A program made the position numbers and the translations under genes. Positions 1-12,756 of a stretch of DNA of 64,000 bases are shown piece after piece. Origin of the DNA: Dimorphilus gyrociliatus. Its lineage: Eukaryota > Animalia > Annelida. The stretch spans positions 972,942 to 1,036,941 of the forward strand of contig CAJFCJ010000009.1 in NCBI GenBank assembly GCA_904063045.1, in the 5' to 3' direction. Under the pieces are notes generated by a model, which did no database searches, was not told where the DNA came from, and saw only the letters and a program-made list of their open reading frames with translations. The stretch's first letter is position 1; the number at the start of each line of letters is the position of its first letter.

Positions 1-998
1 ACTTTTTTATCGCCTCTTCTATCAAGTTCATGGCTTCGTCCAACTTTTTTGATCCTTCCTTGGCTTCCATTGTTTGAACTGCCATAACATATAACGGTGG
101 AGCAATAAGATTAATCTGAAATAAGTGCTGTTTAAGCTAGTGTTCTAAATTCAAGCCTTCTTTCTCACCTTCAAAGGAAAGTCATCTGTACACATGTTTA
201 AACCCTCTTTTAATGCGGCTTTCACAGCGTCGATACCCTCATATCCGTAGCAGGCAACCTCTATATCGGCTCTTAGTTTAGTAGCTTGAGGCGTTAGACG
301 TCTTTGGATAATAGTCAGTAGTTCAGATTTCGTTTTTTCATCAACTTCACATTCATCTAAAATAGAAGGACTTGATACCGCTAATTTGAAAGCTTCATAT
401 GCAGCTCCAGGCTTTCCATATTTTTTGTCGAACATCCAGGCAGTTTTAGTATAAAGTTCTTCTAATTGACTATTAGAAGAATATTGTAAGTGTTCTGCAA
501 CCTGACGTAATATTCTGCAATTCAAAATTTTATTGAGTATTATTTATTAAAGACAATGTCTCACTTACCCATTGACACATTTAGCTTTAGCAAACTTATC
601 TTCACAGCTTTGTATGTCTTCCGGTGAAACTCTCCTTTTTGATAAATCAATATAACCCTTATCTTTATCTACTCTGAGGACAATGACACATTCCGATCGG
701 CCGATTCTGATCAATTTATTAATAGATCGAATTCTTCTTCTTGACAATTCACTCAACAATATCATACCTATTATAAGTTAGCTCTTTAGAAAATGATAGA
801 AACTAACAAACTTGTACCTTCAATATTATTGTACTCCAAGAGATTTACATAGGCCCCCATCTCTGCCACTTGTCGAACATTAACCATAATAACATCGTCG
901 ACCTAAGAAATAAATTCAATCAAAGACTGCAACGAAAAATAATACCTGGTACTTACTTCAGGAAATCTTTGTTCGTAAAATCTACACGCAAACGGCAT
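1..998 (-). CDS. EIF2S1: Eukaryotic translation initiation factor 2 subunit alpha (3' end runs off the window)
   Basis: Spliced exons 998-957, 902-818, 767-569, 514-169, 115-<1 with GT-AG junctions. They give [18 protein letters not shown]...[23 protein letters not shown] (Ser51 loop) ...[11 protein letters not shown]. Confidence 0.97.
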
Positions 999-1405
999 CT
1001 TTGATATAACTGTATTGAGAAAAATGAGACAATTTTAGTATCTAAATAACAATTATACCATATGCAACATCATGCAATTTCAAATAAAAAGAACTCAATT
1101 AAAATAGATGATATATAGCAATATTTGTTTAACTACAGCAAGTTGCTAGAATTCATCAAATGATAATCATTAAGCTCATATGTTGAATACGGTTGTGTAT
1201 GATATTTCACAAGCATATCATGAAAAAAACATGTGAAAACCTTTTTCAGTCGGTTCACGAGGAAATCAACGGAAACGGAATAGTATCAATGCAAGAATGG
1301 TTGGACGGGAACCATACCTCTAAAAAATCGAATACTTCTCTTTCCGGAAGCAGTATATTATAAACAAGTTGAACGATCTCCCAACGTTCACTTGATTTGA
1401 TAAAT

Positions 1406-3547
1406 ATGAGTTTTACTCCTAATTTGCCACCAACTATTTTGGCCCAAATGGCCAAAAAAGAGGAGGATGAGGATGGTGAGGCTGAACAAGGTAAAAAGAA
1501 GAGTAGAGAGGAATACAAAAAACTAAAAGAGTTAGAAGAAGCAAGAAAAGCTGGAACTGCACCGGCTATGAAAGATGAAGAAGGAAAGTAAGTTATAGTA
1601 CTATATAATCGAGATTTACTTTATTCATAGTATATACGATCATTTTCTTTTAGGGATATCAATCCTCATATTCCTCAATATATTATGCAAGCACCTTGGT
1701 ATTTTGGCTCAACAACACCAACTCTTAAACATCAACGTGGAAAGGAAGAATCTGAATCAAGATATAGTGCAATTAGTGAGTGGTACAAAAAAGGTGTAAG
1801 AAAGGTAAGTTGAAACAATAATTTTGAAAATATTTAGAGTATAGACGTTAATAATTCTTTAGGGTGCTGTGGCAACAAAATATAGAAAGGGAGCTTGTGC
1901 AAATTGTGGTGCCATGTCTCACAAAAAAAAGGATTGCTTAGAAAGACCGCGTAAAATTGGTGCAAAATTTACATCTGATGATATTGCTCCTGACGAATTT
2001 TCTCAACCAAATTTGAAACTAGACTATGAAGGAAAAAGAGACAGGTGGAATGGCTATGATCCTCTGATGCACAAAAAAGTCATCGAAGACTTTGCAGCTC
2101 TTGAAGAAGCGAAAAAACAGATAAAGGAGCAGAATTTCGATGAAGAAGCTGAAAAAAAGGATGCTGAAGAAGATGCTGATCAAGACGAGGATAAATATGC
2201 TGATGACATGGACATGCCTGGGCAAAAATTTGAAACTAAGCAAAGAATTACTGTGAGAAATTTACGTATCAGAGAAGACACAGCAAAAGTATATTTTAAT
2301 ATGATTTAATCCTTAGACAAAACTAAACTTTATGTTTATCACAGTACCTTTTTAATTTGGATGTGAACTCTGCTTATTATGATCCAAAAACTCGCTCTAT
2401 GCGTGGAAATCCCTTAAAAGAAACAGGCAAGGAGGGCACAATTCCTTTTGCAGGGGATAATTTTGTACGATGGTCTGGAGATGCTCAAAAAATGGCTGAA
2501 CGTCAAATGTTCGCTTGGGAAGCATATGAAAAAGGAACCGATGTTAATCTGCAAGCAGATCCTACGAAATTGGAGATGTTGAATAGAGAATATAAAAGAA
2601 AGAAGGAAGAATTTCAGGGAAATAAGCAACAATCAATATTGGAAAAGTATGGTGGAGAGGAGCATCTAAATGCTCCTCAAAAGGAATTATTGTTAGCTCA
2701 AACTGAACATTATGTAGAGTATTCTAAGAAAGGAGAATTAATCAAGGGTGAGGAAAAGCCTAAGGCTAAAAGTAGATATGCCGAGGATATTTATGAAAAT
2801 AATCACACCGTATGTATATTCACATTTATATAACTTTAACACATTTTTATATTATTTTATTTGAATATTGTAGTCAATATGGGGGTCATTCTGGAAAAAT
2901 GGAGGTTGGGGATACGCCTGTTGTAATTCGCAATTTCGTCAAGGTTATTGTACGGGTAATGCAGGAAAAGAGGCTAATGAAGCAGCAATTAAATTGTTGG
3001 CTATTCAGGAAAAACAGATGGAGGAGGTTTGTTGACAGAAATATCTTTAAGAGACACGTTATTCCAAGCATTTATTATTTATTAGCAATCGCTGAAGAAA
3101 GTTGAAGAAAAGAGTAAACCAGAGGCTAAGGCATCAAAGAAAAAACAAACCAAGAAACAACAAAAGAAAAAGAATAGGCGTTCATCATCATCATCATCAT
3201 CATCATCTTCTTCATCATCATCGTCATCATCGTCGTCGAGTGATAGCTCTGCCGATGAGAGCGAAGGGGAAGACATTAGAAAAGAAAAGCGTATTCAAGA
3301 GGTCAGTATTTAAAATACAATATACTACAAGCTAAAAACATCAAATGTAACTTTGTTTATCAAACAGCTTATAAAGAGAGAAGAAAAACGTCAGAGAGAA
3401 GTTGATAGCTTGTTAAAAATGGACGAGAGAAAGAGACCCTACAACTCTATGTACGAAGCTCATGAACCGACCGAAGAAGAGATGGAAGCCTACCGCCGCA
3501 AAAGACTACGAGATGATGATCCTATGGCTAAATTTCTAAATAAGTAA
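1406..3547 (+). CDS. SLU7: Pre-mRNA splicing factor SLU7
   Basis: 7 exons (1406-1587, 1654-1804, 1863-2288, 2345-2809, 2874-3026, 3086-3301, 3368-3547). Motifs: [11 protein letters not shown], zinc knuckle [24 protein letters not shown]-like, [11 protein letters not shown], and C-terminal DDPMAKFL. Start codon approximate. Confidence 0.96.
3182..3241 (+). repeat. (TCA/TCG/TCT)n trinucleotide tract encoding a 20-serine run in SLU7 exon 6
   Basis: Read directly as 20 consecutive Ser codons. It generates spurious poly-His (+ strand) and poly-Asp (- strand) ORFs in the ORF track. Confidence 0.9.
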
Positions 3548-3793
3548 TCCATTGTACTAAACGTCATTCAAATTCTATTAGAGAACTCTCTTGATTGTAC
3601 GATGAATGTCAAATTTTTACTTTGGAACTGAAATCTATTGTAGGTGATGCATTATGGCAAAGAGTTATTAAAAGAAGAAATTTTTAAAAACTTGTTGCTT
3701 TAAAATTTGACTGTTTAAAAGTGTATATAATGGTGTAAATAATACAGCACTTAAACATGGTTATGTTTAACATTTGTTCGGATGAAAAAGAAA

Positions 3794-5556
3794 TTATTGA
3801 ATTACGTCTAAATGTATCTCATCACCGTCTAGTAAATCAAATCTACTCATTGGTAATGAATCAGTTTTTGAGCTTAATTCCTCTAACTCTACCTGACCAT
3901 TCGTACTTTTAACAGCATGAAACATTCGAACTCGCCTTGAAATATAATATTAAAATTAAGCGCAAGTTGACATTTGATAATTGGACTTACTTAATTGGAA
4001 CGTTAAGAATATTGTTCGAGACATAAATTCTGAGCTTACCAAGGGGTTTAGCTACAGAAAATGAACTTGTATGCTTAAGTTTTCCACCACAAAAGAACTT
4101 TAAATTAGCGTTTGTGCAGTAATTCTTTTTTAGATCCACCACATCTTTCTCTTTTGGAGGCTGTTCTCCTTAAAAATGAGAAATTGAAATATTATTAAGT
4201 ATAGAACAGCTAAAGTTTCAATTATAGTACACAAACCATATACTTTCAATAATTCGAAATAACGATTTGGTTTTACAGATTTATCATAAAAATATGAAAG
4301 AAAATACAATTCAGCATTTTTTCTTTCTTCTGAAGAGATAGTGCTACGATTTAGAGTATCAATATTTGGTATCCTTTTAGGGAATAATTAGAATATTCAA
4401 CAACATAAAAATCTTTGTTAAAGTAAATTACATTGCTATAAGAAGATTTCTCTGACATTGTTCTGTCATCTCGTCAAGTATTGGGTTATTCTAATTTAAC
4501 AATTAAACAATAAAATTTATATCATAATCATATAATATTAACTTACTTTAAATGCTATCCTCCGTAGAGCTGGATAATATTGTAATCCTTCAAGATCTTC
4601 CCAATTTGCAATGGCTAATGAATTTAGGTTTATAGATTCAAGAAAATTGAATTTCTTTCTTTCTTCTTTTTGATTTTGCTCATCTTGTGCATCTTCAAGC
4701 CAGACGACGGACGTAATTGGATTGTTTGAGATCAGTAAAAAATCTATCTGGAGGTTGTTCAATTTCCAAACTTCTTTCCAGCTGCAAAAGTTAGCGTTCG
4801 TGACAATGGTTCATCTTAATGTGAAGGAAGATATCTCACTCAGAAATTGAATTATCATACAACCAGAGAGTTTTAAGACAGGAAGTATTTTTTTCGTCTA
4901 GACTACTTAAAGTAGAATAACCTAGAAGGAATAGAAATAATAACTATTTAATATAAGTAAATAAGTATGAGAGAACCATTTGAGCATAAATGTAGTTCTG
5001 CCAGCGATGGAAAGAATTCAAAAAGTAATGAAACTTTATCCCAATTAAACTTAGTTCGATTCAAAGCTAATGATGTTAAGTTCTTATATTGCAACAGTTG
5101 CTCGTCTTTTCGCTCAAGCTAATTAAGGAAGAATTAATTATGCATTGTGCAATTTGAGTGATAAGAACAGAATACTTTACCTTAGCCTCTTCAAGAGGAT
5201 TTCCACTAAGATTCAAAAACTCAAGCTTTGGCAATTGTTCCAACATATCGAAGATTTGTGACCACTCCGATAATTGGTTTTCAGACAAATCCATGCTTTG
5301 AACATTGGGACACAGACTAAGCAGGTCCAGAGAATCCTTATAAATTGTACATATACTTTTGGAATGAAGACCCTAAAATATATGCATTTTAAACATTAGC
5401 AAGTCCATTTCTAAAGATACCTACGATTGTAGTTAATTTGGGTAATTTAGCTTCATTTCTCTCGTCTACTTTGGGATAAGTTACAAACTGTACCAAGTTA
5501 GATTCGTAGTCATCGCAATATCTTTCGTTTATTGCTTCTACTAAAGTTCTGGACAT
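3794..5556 (-). CDS. TBCEL: Tubulin-specific chaperone cofactor E-like protein (LRR plus C-terminal ubiquitin-like domain, no CAP-Gly)
   Basis: Starts MSRTLVEAINERYC, with DLSENQLSEWSQIFDMLEQLPKLEFLNLSGNPL and IANWEDLEGLQYYPALRRI. The last exon ends MSRFDLLDGDEIHLDVIQ*. This matches the TBCEL layout rather than TBCE. Confidence 0.85.
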
Positions 5557-6234
5557 TACTTCTTCCTCAAACTTTCCTGTCTAGATTAGTCTGGTAGGAA
5601 TTCTGTTAGGAATTTTTCTTTTAATATGAAATGATGAATCATTTTGTAGACTTTTGCAATATCTCAATTTCGCAATCATTCTCATTTATGTAGAAACTAA
5701 ATTAATTCTGGTAAATATTTCATCCAGCACCTTGTAAAATCAAGTAGATATTGCGAAAAATATTACTGTAAACCTATTTTGATGAATAATTGGAGTACAT
5801 TTCTAAGAAGTTTAGATATAGTGTAGGTTTAAACTTTAAAGGAATTTGCAAAGTTGAAATAAGATTTTCTTTATTATATAAAGTCGTTTTAAAAAAGTAC
5901 ATTAAAATTCTCACTAAGCAGTTTTATTGGCATATGAGCCCAAATTTAGGATTTTCTTCATTTGTTTCATGGATCCTACAATTAACTAATTGTTAAGTAG
6001 TTTATAATTTTATAGTCTAGCAGAAAATAATTCTTAAATGTTTTCAATTTTTCTTGTTGATTTCGTATGAATCTAAAATATTTTTTAAAGAATTTGCTTA
6101 AATTTACCTATAATTAATATACTTTATTTCGGCATTATTCGTTAGTCATGTTTTAATTCCTGAGTCAAGTTTAGACATACCGACGCCATTTTGGAATTCT
6201 TCCGGCTAGAAAACGTGATTTCTGAAAATTGAAA

Positions 6235-8140
6235 ATGGTAAGATTCTTGTTCTTTTATAACTTGATTTCGTATTTAACGTAGACGTGATATTTAATCGTG
6301 TAGTGAAAATAGTATACATGATTAAAAACTGAATTTAAATGACTAGCAACTAAAATTAATCTTTTATAGCAAGCGCCAATCATTCTTCTAAAAGAAGGCA
6401 CAGACACCTCTCAGGGTTCGCCTCAACTAATAAGCAACATTAATGCCTGTCAAGCTGTTGTTGATGCTATTCGAACGACACTCGGTCCTAGAGGGATGGA
6501 CAAGTTGATTGTTAGCGGAAAGGTAATGGCTGTTTATTTGTTTCTAACGACATGGTAACAAATAACACGTTATATCTTTGTATGAACAGGGGAGTGCCAC
6601 TATCTCTAACGATGGAGCCACTATTTTAAAACAACTTGATATTGTACACCCCGCCGCCAAGACCCTTGTTGATATTGCAAAGTCACAGGATGCTGAAGTC
6701 GGTGATGGAACTACAACTGTTACTCTTCTAGCTGGAGAGTTTCTAAAGCAAGCGAAACCATTTATTGAAGAAAATGTTCATCCTCAAATCATAATTAAAG
6801 CTTTTAGGAAAGCTACTCAAATGGTATGTAATTTTATTCTTTTGAAAAGTTGAATAGATAAGTTAATATAAAAATTTCTTCATACATAGGTTTTAACCAG
6901 AATCAACGAAATAGCTGTTCAAATTCAAAAGGACGATTCTCAAGCTCATAGTGCTCTCTTAGAGAAATGTGCATCAACAGCTCTTAGCTCGAAACTTGTG
7001 GCTCGTCAAAAGGACTTTTTCGCTAAGATGATTGTGGATGCCGTTACCTGTTTGGATGAGTTACTTCCTTTGAACATGATTGGTATGAAAAAGGTTCAGG
7101 GAGGAGCCCTTGAAGATTCCATGCTTGTTGAGGGTGTAGCTTTTAAGAAAACCTTTTCGTATGCTGGTTTTGAAATGCAACCAAAAAAATATAAAAATCC
7201 AAAAATAGTTCTTCTAAATGTAGAATTGGAACTTAAAGCTGAAAAGGATAATGCAGAGGTCAGAGTTGATAATGTAGAAGAATATCAAGCAGTGGTAGAC
7301 GCAGAATGGAAAATTTTGTATGATAAATTAGATGCTATACACCAGAGCGGCGCAAAAGTTGTTCTGTCAAAACTCCCTATTGGAGATGTAGCCACCCAGT
7401 ATTTCGCTGATCGTGACATGTTCTGCGCTGGTAGAGTTGTTGACGAAGATCTTAAGAGAACCATGAAGGCCTGTGGTGGTGCTATTCAAACTACAACTAG
7501 CAGTCTGACTGATGATATTATCGGAACTTGCGAAGTTTTTGAAGAAATCCAAATTGGAGGAGAGCGATACAATGTCTTTAAGGGATGCACCCAAGCTAAG
7601 ACTTGCACAATTATCATGAGAGGAGGAGCTGAGCAATTTATTGAAGAGACGGAAAGGTCACTACACGATGCCATCATGATTGTTAGAAGAGCAATGAAAA
7701 ATGACTCTGTTGTAGCTGGAGGTGGAGCCATAGAAATGGAATTGTCTAAATATTTAAGAGAATACAGCAGAACAATTGCTGGTAAAGAACAACTTCTAAT
7801 CAGTGCTATGGCAAAAGCATTCGAGATTATTCCTAGACAATTATGCGACAACGCTGGTTTTGATGCAACAAATATTTTGAACAAGCTTCGTCAGAAACAC
7901 GCACAAGATGGCAAATGGTATGGTGTTGATGTTAATAAGGAAGATATCTCGGATAATTTTGAAAACTGCGTTTGGGAGCCGGCTTTAGTTAAGATAAATG
8001 CTATCACAGCTGCATCGGAAGCATGTTGTCTCATCTTGTCTGTAGATGAAACCATAAAGAATCCAAAATCGGGTCAGGAAGGCGATAATCGCCCTGTCCG
8101 CGGAATGGGAAGAGGACGTGGAAGACCCATGGGAATGTAA
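6235..8140 (+). CDS. CCT7: T-complex protein 1 subunit eta (CCT7)
   Basis: Exons 6235-6237 (ATG only), 6370-6522, 6590-6823, 6890-8140. Motifs: [51 protein letters not shown] tail. Confidence 0.98.
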
Positions 8141-8285
8141 ACACATAAACTTTTTGCTTTTTTGAAGTTTAATAATAATACATTTTTGATAGGTGAATCG
8201 AAAAATAAATATATATTCATTTTCCCATCGATATCCGCAAAAAACCCTTTTCGTTTTTATTTTTGACAAATGAAATACATTAAAT

Positions 8286-8732
8286 TTAAGACTTTGCGTG
8301 TTTGTCAAGGTTGTATGTCTTATCTAGAAGCATCTCAACAGTTACACCCTTAGGTAGAATATCCTTTAGCACCTCATCAAAGTTTAACAACTGTTGACGA
8401 TTGGTAGAGCCATCTCGCTGAGATTTACCAACATCCACCAAAGCCTTTAAGCCCTCATTCTCCACCTGTACATCGATATTTCTTGCGCGTAAACTCTTAC
8501 TCTCTTTTTGTAGAGTAAGCAACTCTCGATTGTAAGCTTCAAGCAATAATTCAGCCTTTAATACTTCATTTTTTCGAATAGCTAATAGGCTTTTTGAGTT
8601 TTCTAGTTGAGACTTTAAAGTTTCTAATTTTATTTGAACTTCATATAACTCCCTTTCAAGTCTACTTGTTTCGTTATCTTCTGCATCTCGATAAAGATGA
8701 GTTTGAATTGGGTGATCGTGTTTCGAAAACAT
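8286..8732 (-). CDS. Uncharacterised 148-aa coiled-coil protein (single coding exon)
   Basis: Uninterrupted ORF with heptad-like E/L/K pattern (RLERELYEVQIKLETLKSQLENSK). A 3'-splice-site-like ttaattaag lies 2 nt before the ATG. No family recognised. Confidence 0.65.
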   Translation of the reverse strand: MFSKHDHPIQTHLYRDAEDNETSRLERELYEVQIKLETLKSQLENSKSLLAIRKNEVLKAELLLEAYNRELLTLQKESKSLRARNIDVQVENEGLKALVDVGKSQRDGSTNRQQLLNFDEVLKDILPKGVTVEMLLDKTYNLDKHAKS

Positions 8733-9055
8733 GACTTAATTACAATAAAGAAATAAATAAATAGCTCTATATACAAATTTTGATCTTATTAATTAGATTA
8801 TTTTCAAATTTGAAAACTTTTAAGACATCAAATACGATTTTTCTTCAAATGTTTGTCAAACATGTTAACTTGAACTTATAGTTTTATATAACATCTAAAT
8901 AGATGTAAAAAATATAAATTAGAAAAATTTCACCAGATAGAACTTGTATTTTTGATAAGCTAGATAAACTTATCTTTGCTTATTGACTAATATGATGAGG
9001 AATGTAAACAAAATGTAAAATAGCAATGTGTACCACAACACTAAGAAACACATTG

Positions 9056-9416
9056 TCATTTATTTTTAACGGCTATTACAATAGTTAGCCAGAGGGATGA
9101 ATAACCTACTACGATTATAGCAGCGAACACTAATAATAATGTCATTTTCCAATGTAATCTACAACAGCTTTTACCTTGGTTGATGAATCGATCACTTTCT
9201 TGAATATTTTCTGTTGTGTTAGGATTGTCTATATTAGGTTCATCATTTTTAAAGATAAGTAAATTATCGTTGACAGACTCTGAAGGCTCGGGAATATCTA
9301 ATAATCTTTCCGTAGTATCAGCTTCTGTTTAGATTTTTGTTTCGTCAGGTAAATCTATAGTATAACTTTTCGAAAATTAACTCACCAAAAGAGACACTGG
9401 AACGTTTTGAAGACAT
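9056..9416 (-). CDS. Small predicted tail-anchored membrane protein (99 aa, 2 exons; absent from the ORF track)
   Basis: Exon 1 9416-9386 (MSSKRSSVSF+G, donor gtgagt), 61-nt intron, exon 2 9324-9056 open to TGA. It has an acidic N-terminus, then KSCCRLHWK, a hydrophobic MTLLLVFAAIIVVGYSSLWLTIVIAV, and KNK*. Confidence 0.7.
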
Positions 9417-9872
9417 TTTAACGTTTTTAATGTACCTCTTATATCGTTTAAATAACAATGATACTCATATTAAAAAATTATAGGTATAAAATTCACGTCA
9501 TCATGAAGACACTTGTATTATTTGGCCGAAATTGATGGTAATATTATTTAAAGTTGAATGCAAAACACCCACCTTTGCAACCGGGAAGCAATAACTGGTT
9601 ATAAAGAAAACTGGTTACGAATTCCATTATAATTAGTTAGATTATTAGTTGTGTTTAAATTAATCAACTGGTCATTTATCACTTTTATAGAACTACTTAG
9701 TAGAATAATTAAAATATAATTAATTACGAAACATTTTCACATCAATTTATTAGCTGAAGTAATAAAACAATAGCGATAGATGATTCTAAACCATCAATTT
9801 TTTGCAAAAGAATAAAAAAATAGGTGACTAAAGTAATGATTTTTAATATACATATAGAATAACAAATACTTA

Positions 9873-10959
9873 TTATTTCTTATAGCTATTTTTGTGACGA
9901 TTGAGTAATTCCCGTAACTCTATCTCTCTTCTTTTTCCATTTTCCAATCGAGATTTGAGAACCTATCAAGAGAAAATAATTAAAGATGGTTTTAAAGAGT
10001 CTAAAAGCTTTATTTACTTGTAAAATTGGTGCTCCAACAATCTGCATCTGTTTCATAAGGGCTGATGAAAATTCATTTGTTAAAATTATAGCGTTTGATG
10101 GATCTGATATGTTTGACATAGAATTATCGAACATTTCTCTTTCTTCTCTATTTAAAGTATCGTATAAGTCAATTAGTAATTTTCCTGATTCACCATGTTT
10201 TGTTTCAAGTGAGTTTGGTTCTATTTCTATTGGTATTTCTACATGTCTTAACCTGTTTTTTATTTTTTGAAGAATAGCTTGGTTTTAAAAATAATAGGCC
10301 GTATGAAAAGTCACATCTTACCTGTTGTGGCCTTCTTCTTCGCTTCTAAAGCATATTAATTGCGTTTTCTGAAGCTAATAAAAAAAGTGAGACTAGTATG
10401 ATTAAGATATACTGTTTTCGACAAAATACTTTGGTTGACGAGTCTTCATTGAAGACACTGAAGATAAGACCAACGAATGCTCTATCAAGAGCTTGATAAT
10501 TAGCTTGAGTTCTTATATCTAATAAGGGATAAGTTAAAAGATACTGGTTTGAAATAGAAATTGTGAGATACAAACCTACATGAGAAGGCCAAACAGTTAT
10601 ATGAGGATGGGAGTGGTACCAACCAACAACTCTAATAGGTTTTTTCGTTTCTTCGGCTATCCTTTCTGCTTTTGCTCTGGCTTCTAGCTGCTGTTCAGGA
10701 GAGATTTCCACCCTATCAGGCCTCTTATCAGACCTTATTAAAACGCTTATTGATGTTATTCTTGTCTCTTCATTAATTTCATCTACCTTTTAGTTGAAAA
10801 TGATTGATTTATGTACATTTCTAAAAATTAATAATAACTAACCTCTCCCAGACACAGACCCATCACTTCCTCTGATTCATTAGAAAATGCGTGGGCAAGA
10901 CAAGAATAATACACATCAGAGTTGATTATTACTTTTTTTGTAACATTATAATTATTCAT
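9873..10959 (-). CDS. BRCC3: Lys63-specific deubiquitinase BRCC36 (JAMM/MPN+)
   Basis: MNNYNVTKKVIINSDVYYSCLAHAFSNESEEVMGLCLGE...GWYHSHPHITVWPSHVDIRTQ. The JAMM residues are intact. The last exon is VLKSRLENGKRREIELRELLNRHKNSYKK*. Confidence 0.95.
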
Positions 10960-11246
10960 TTTTACAAAGTTTTTAACTGAATGTTCAGAAGCGGAAATAA
11001 AATTTCGTCTGCTATTTATTTTTTACAGAATGACATTGAATTTATATATTTTATATTTATAAATTTTATATTAAATATCTAAAGATGGCTGAATAATTTA
11101 TTAAAGAAATATGTTAAAAGTATATTTTTATTTTTTCTTCGATGAATTTTCGTAAGTTACTATTTCCGGTTCCGGTAAAAGTAAATTTTAAAAGTCTCCT
11201 TTCTAAATTGAGATATCCTGCTTTTTAAATTATATCTCTTAATTAC

Positions 11247-12587
11247 ATGGATGTTTCACCTCGAAAAGTAAATTTTTTAATTAAAGACTAAACTCAATCT
11301 TTTCATATTATTCTACTGTTTTTTTAATATTAATTATACATTAATTGTAGTTGAGACCTAGACGAAGTGCTAGGAAGAAGATCGAGGATCTACAAAAGGA
11401 GATTGAAGACGAGTGCAAAGAAGAAGGTAAATCAAGACCTGAAACAGGAGCTTCCCGAAAACGAAAGCGTACAAGCTCTTTTGAGGTGTATGATACCGAT
11501 GAGGATCAGCATGGTTGGTCTAAGGGAGATAAACTACGTTTGATCCAGGGATTACTCAAGTAATTTTGGAAGTTAATAATTACAATGAAACTTATTAAAT
11601 TTAAAATTCCTCGTAGATATGATAGCAGAGATCTGTTAAATCTGAGCATGACGACAAAGAGAACTGTTAGTGAATTACGGAGCTATTTCCTACGTCTGCA
11701 ACCCTCTCTTGGTAAAGCAATTCGGATAAAATGCTTTTGTTTTTCTAATAACTTAATCTCGATATATACAGGGAGCGTTTCAACAGTTTATTATTCTAGT
11801 CCTTGTCTGGAGGAGTGGGAAGCAATGGTGAACAATTTAGCCCTAAAGCACCAAGACTATTCGACATGTATATCAAAAGTAGTATCTCTAAAATACTGTC
11901 TGAGATTCTAAATTTTTCCATTTTGATTTTCTTTTATGTAGCTATTTAACGCAATTCAGAAAATTGAAGCATCACCGAAAAGACTCCCTGAGTCTGAAAC
12001 TAAGCAAGATCCCGGAGTTGATTGGCCCTCTATCTATGGATTTTTTTCAGACGCTCTCGCCGAAAAGCCTGTTCGTAACCTCAAGTTATTAGGTAAGATT
12101 AGTTGTCAGTTTTATACAAACAGCTATTCTATATTTTTCAATAGAATCAAAGATAGTCTTAGATGTCTTGGAAGAATTGAAAATATTTTGCGACTGTTTC
12201 CAAGCTTCTTCCTGCTCCGAAACTGTTCAAGAAGCCGTAAGGCAAATAGCTAAGAAAACGGAATACGAGAGACAATTTTCAAGGAAGTTTAGAATTCCTG
12301 GTAGAAGAGTAATATCCGAAGCAAAAGATGTCCCATTCGATTCTCTAAACCCTCTAGATTTACCAGAGGAATGTCTAAAGCTACGAAACAAAAAGGAAAT
12401 TGACGAGTTTTTGAAAGATTATCGATTCGGGAAATATATGGAATTGGTTAAGGCTTGGCCATACGTTTATAAACTGGATTTGTTCAAAGCTATTAGAAGA
12501 TCCTCTGATAAAAGTTACAAACTATATAAAGAATTAGATAAAACTTTACAACCTACATCTAAAGTTAATGCTAAACCAAAAACCTAA
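11247..12587 (+). CDS. SNAPC2: snRNA-activating protein complex subunit 2 (SNAP45)-like
   Basis: Multi-exon model from ATG 11247. It has a Myb-like GWSKGDKLRLIQGL, plus motifs VDWPSIYGFFS, ESKIVLDVL and SLNPLDLP. These parallel recalled SNAPC2 motifs (VDFEKIYKYLS, ESAVVLDLL, PLNPFLVP). Divergent. Confidence 0.65.
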
Positions 12588-12756
12588 CATTATCCTATAT
12601 TGAATTATATCGTAATAATCCTATGTTAATAGGAAATTGCTCTTCCAACACAATGATTTTTAATGAAATATCTATTGATTGTTTAAGCACAGTATATCGA
12701 CTATTGATATAGTGTAAAAACGTCTAAAACTTTAATGTTAACATTAACATGTGCAG

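Noticed and set aside
3082-3335. Poly-Asp (minus) and poly-His (plus) ORFs
   Set aside because: They are alternative frames or the antisense of the SLU7 poly-serine TCA tract; the splice phase fixes the Ser frame.
4369-4377. GTATCCTTT U12-type donor-like motif
   Set aside because: It is on the plus strand inside a minus-strand gene (TBCEL). I found no convincing U12 intron in the window.
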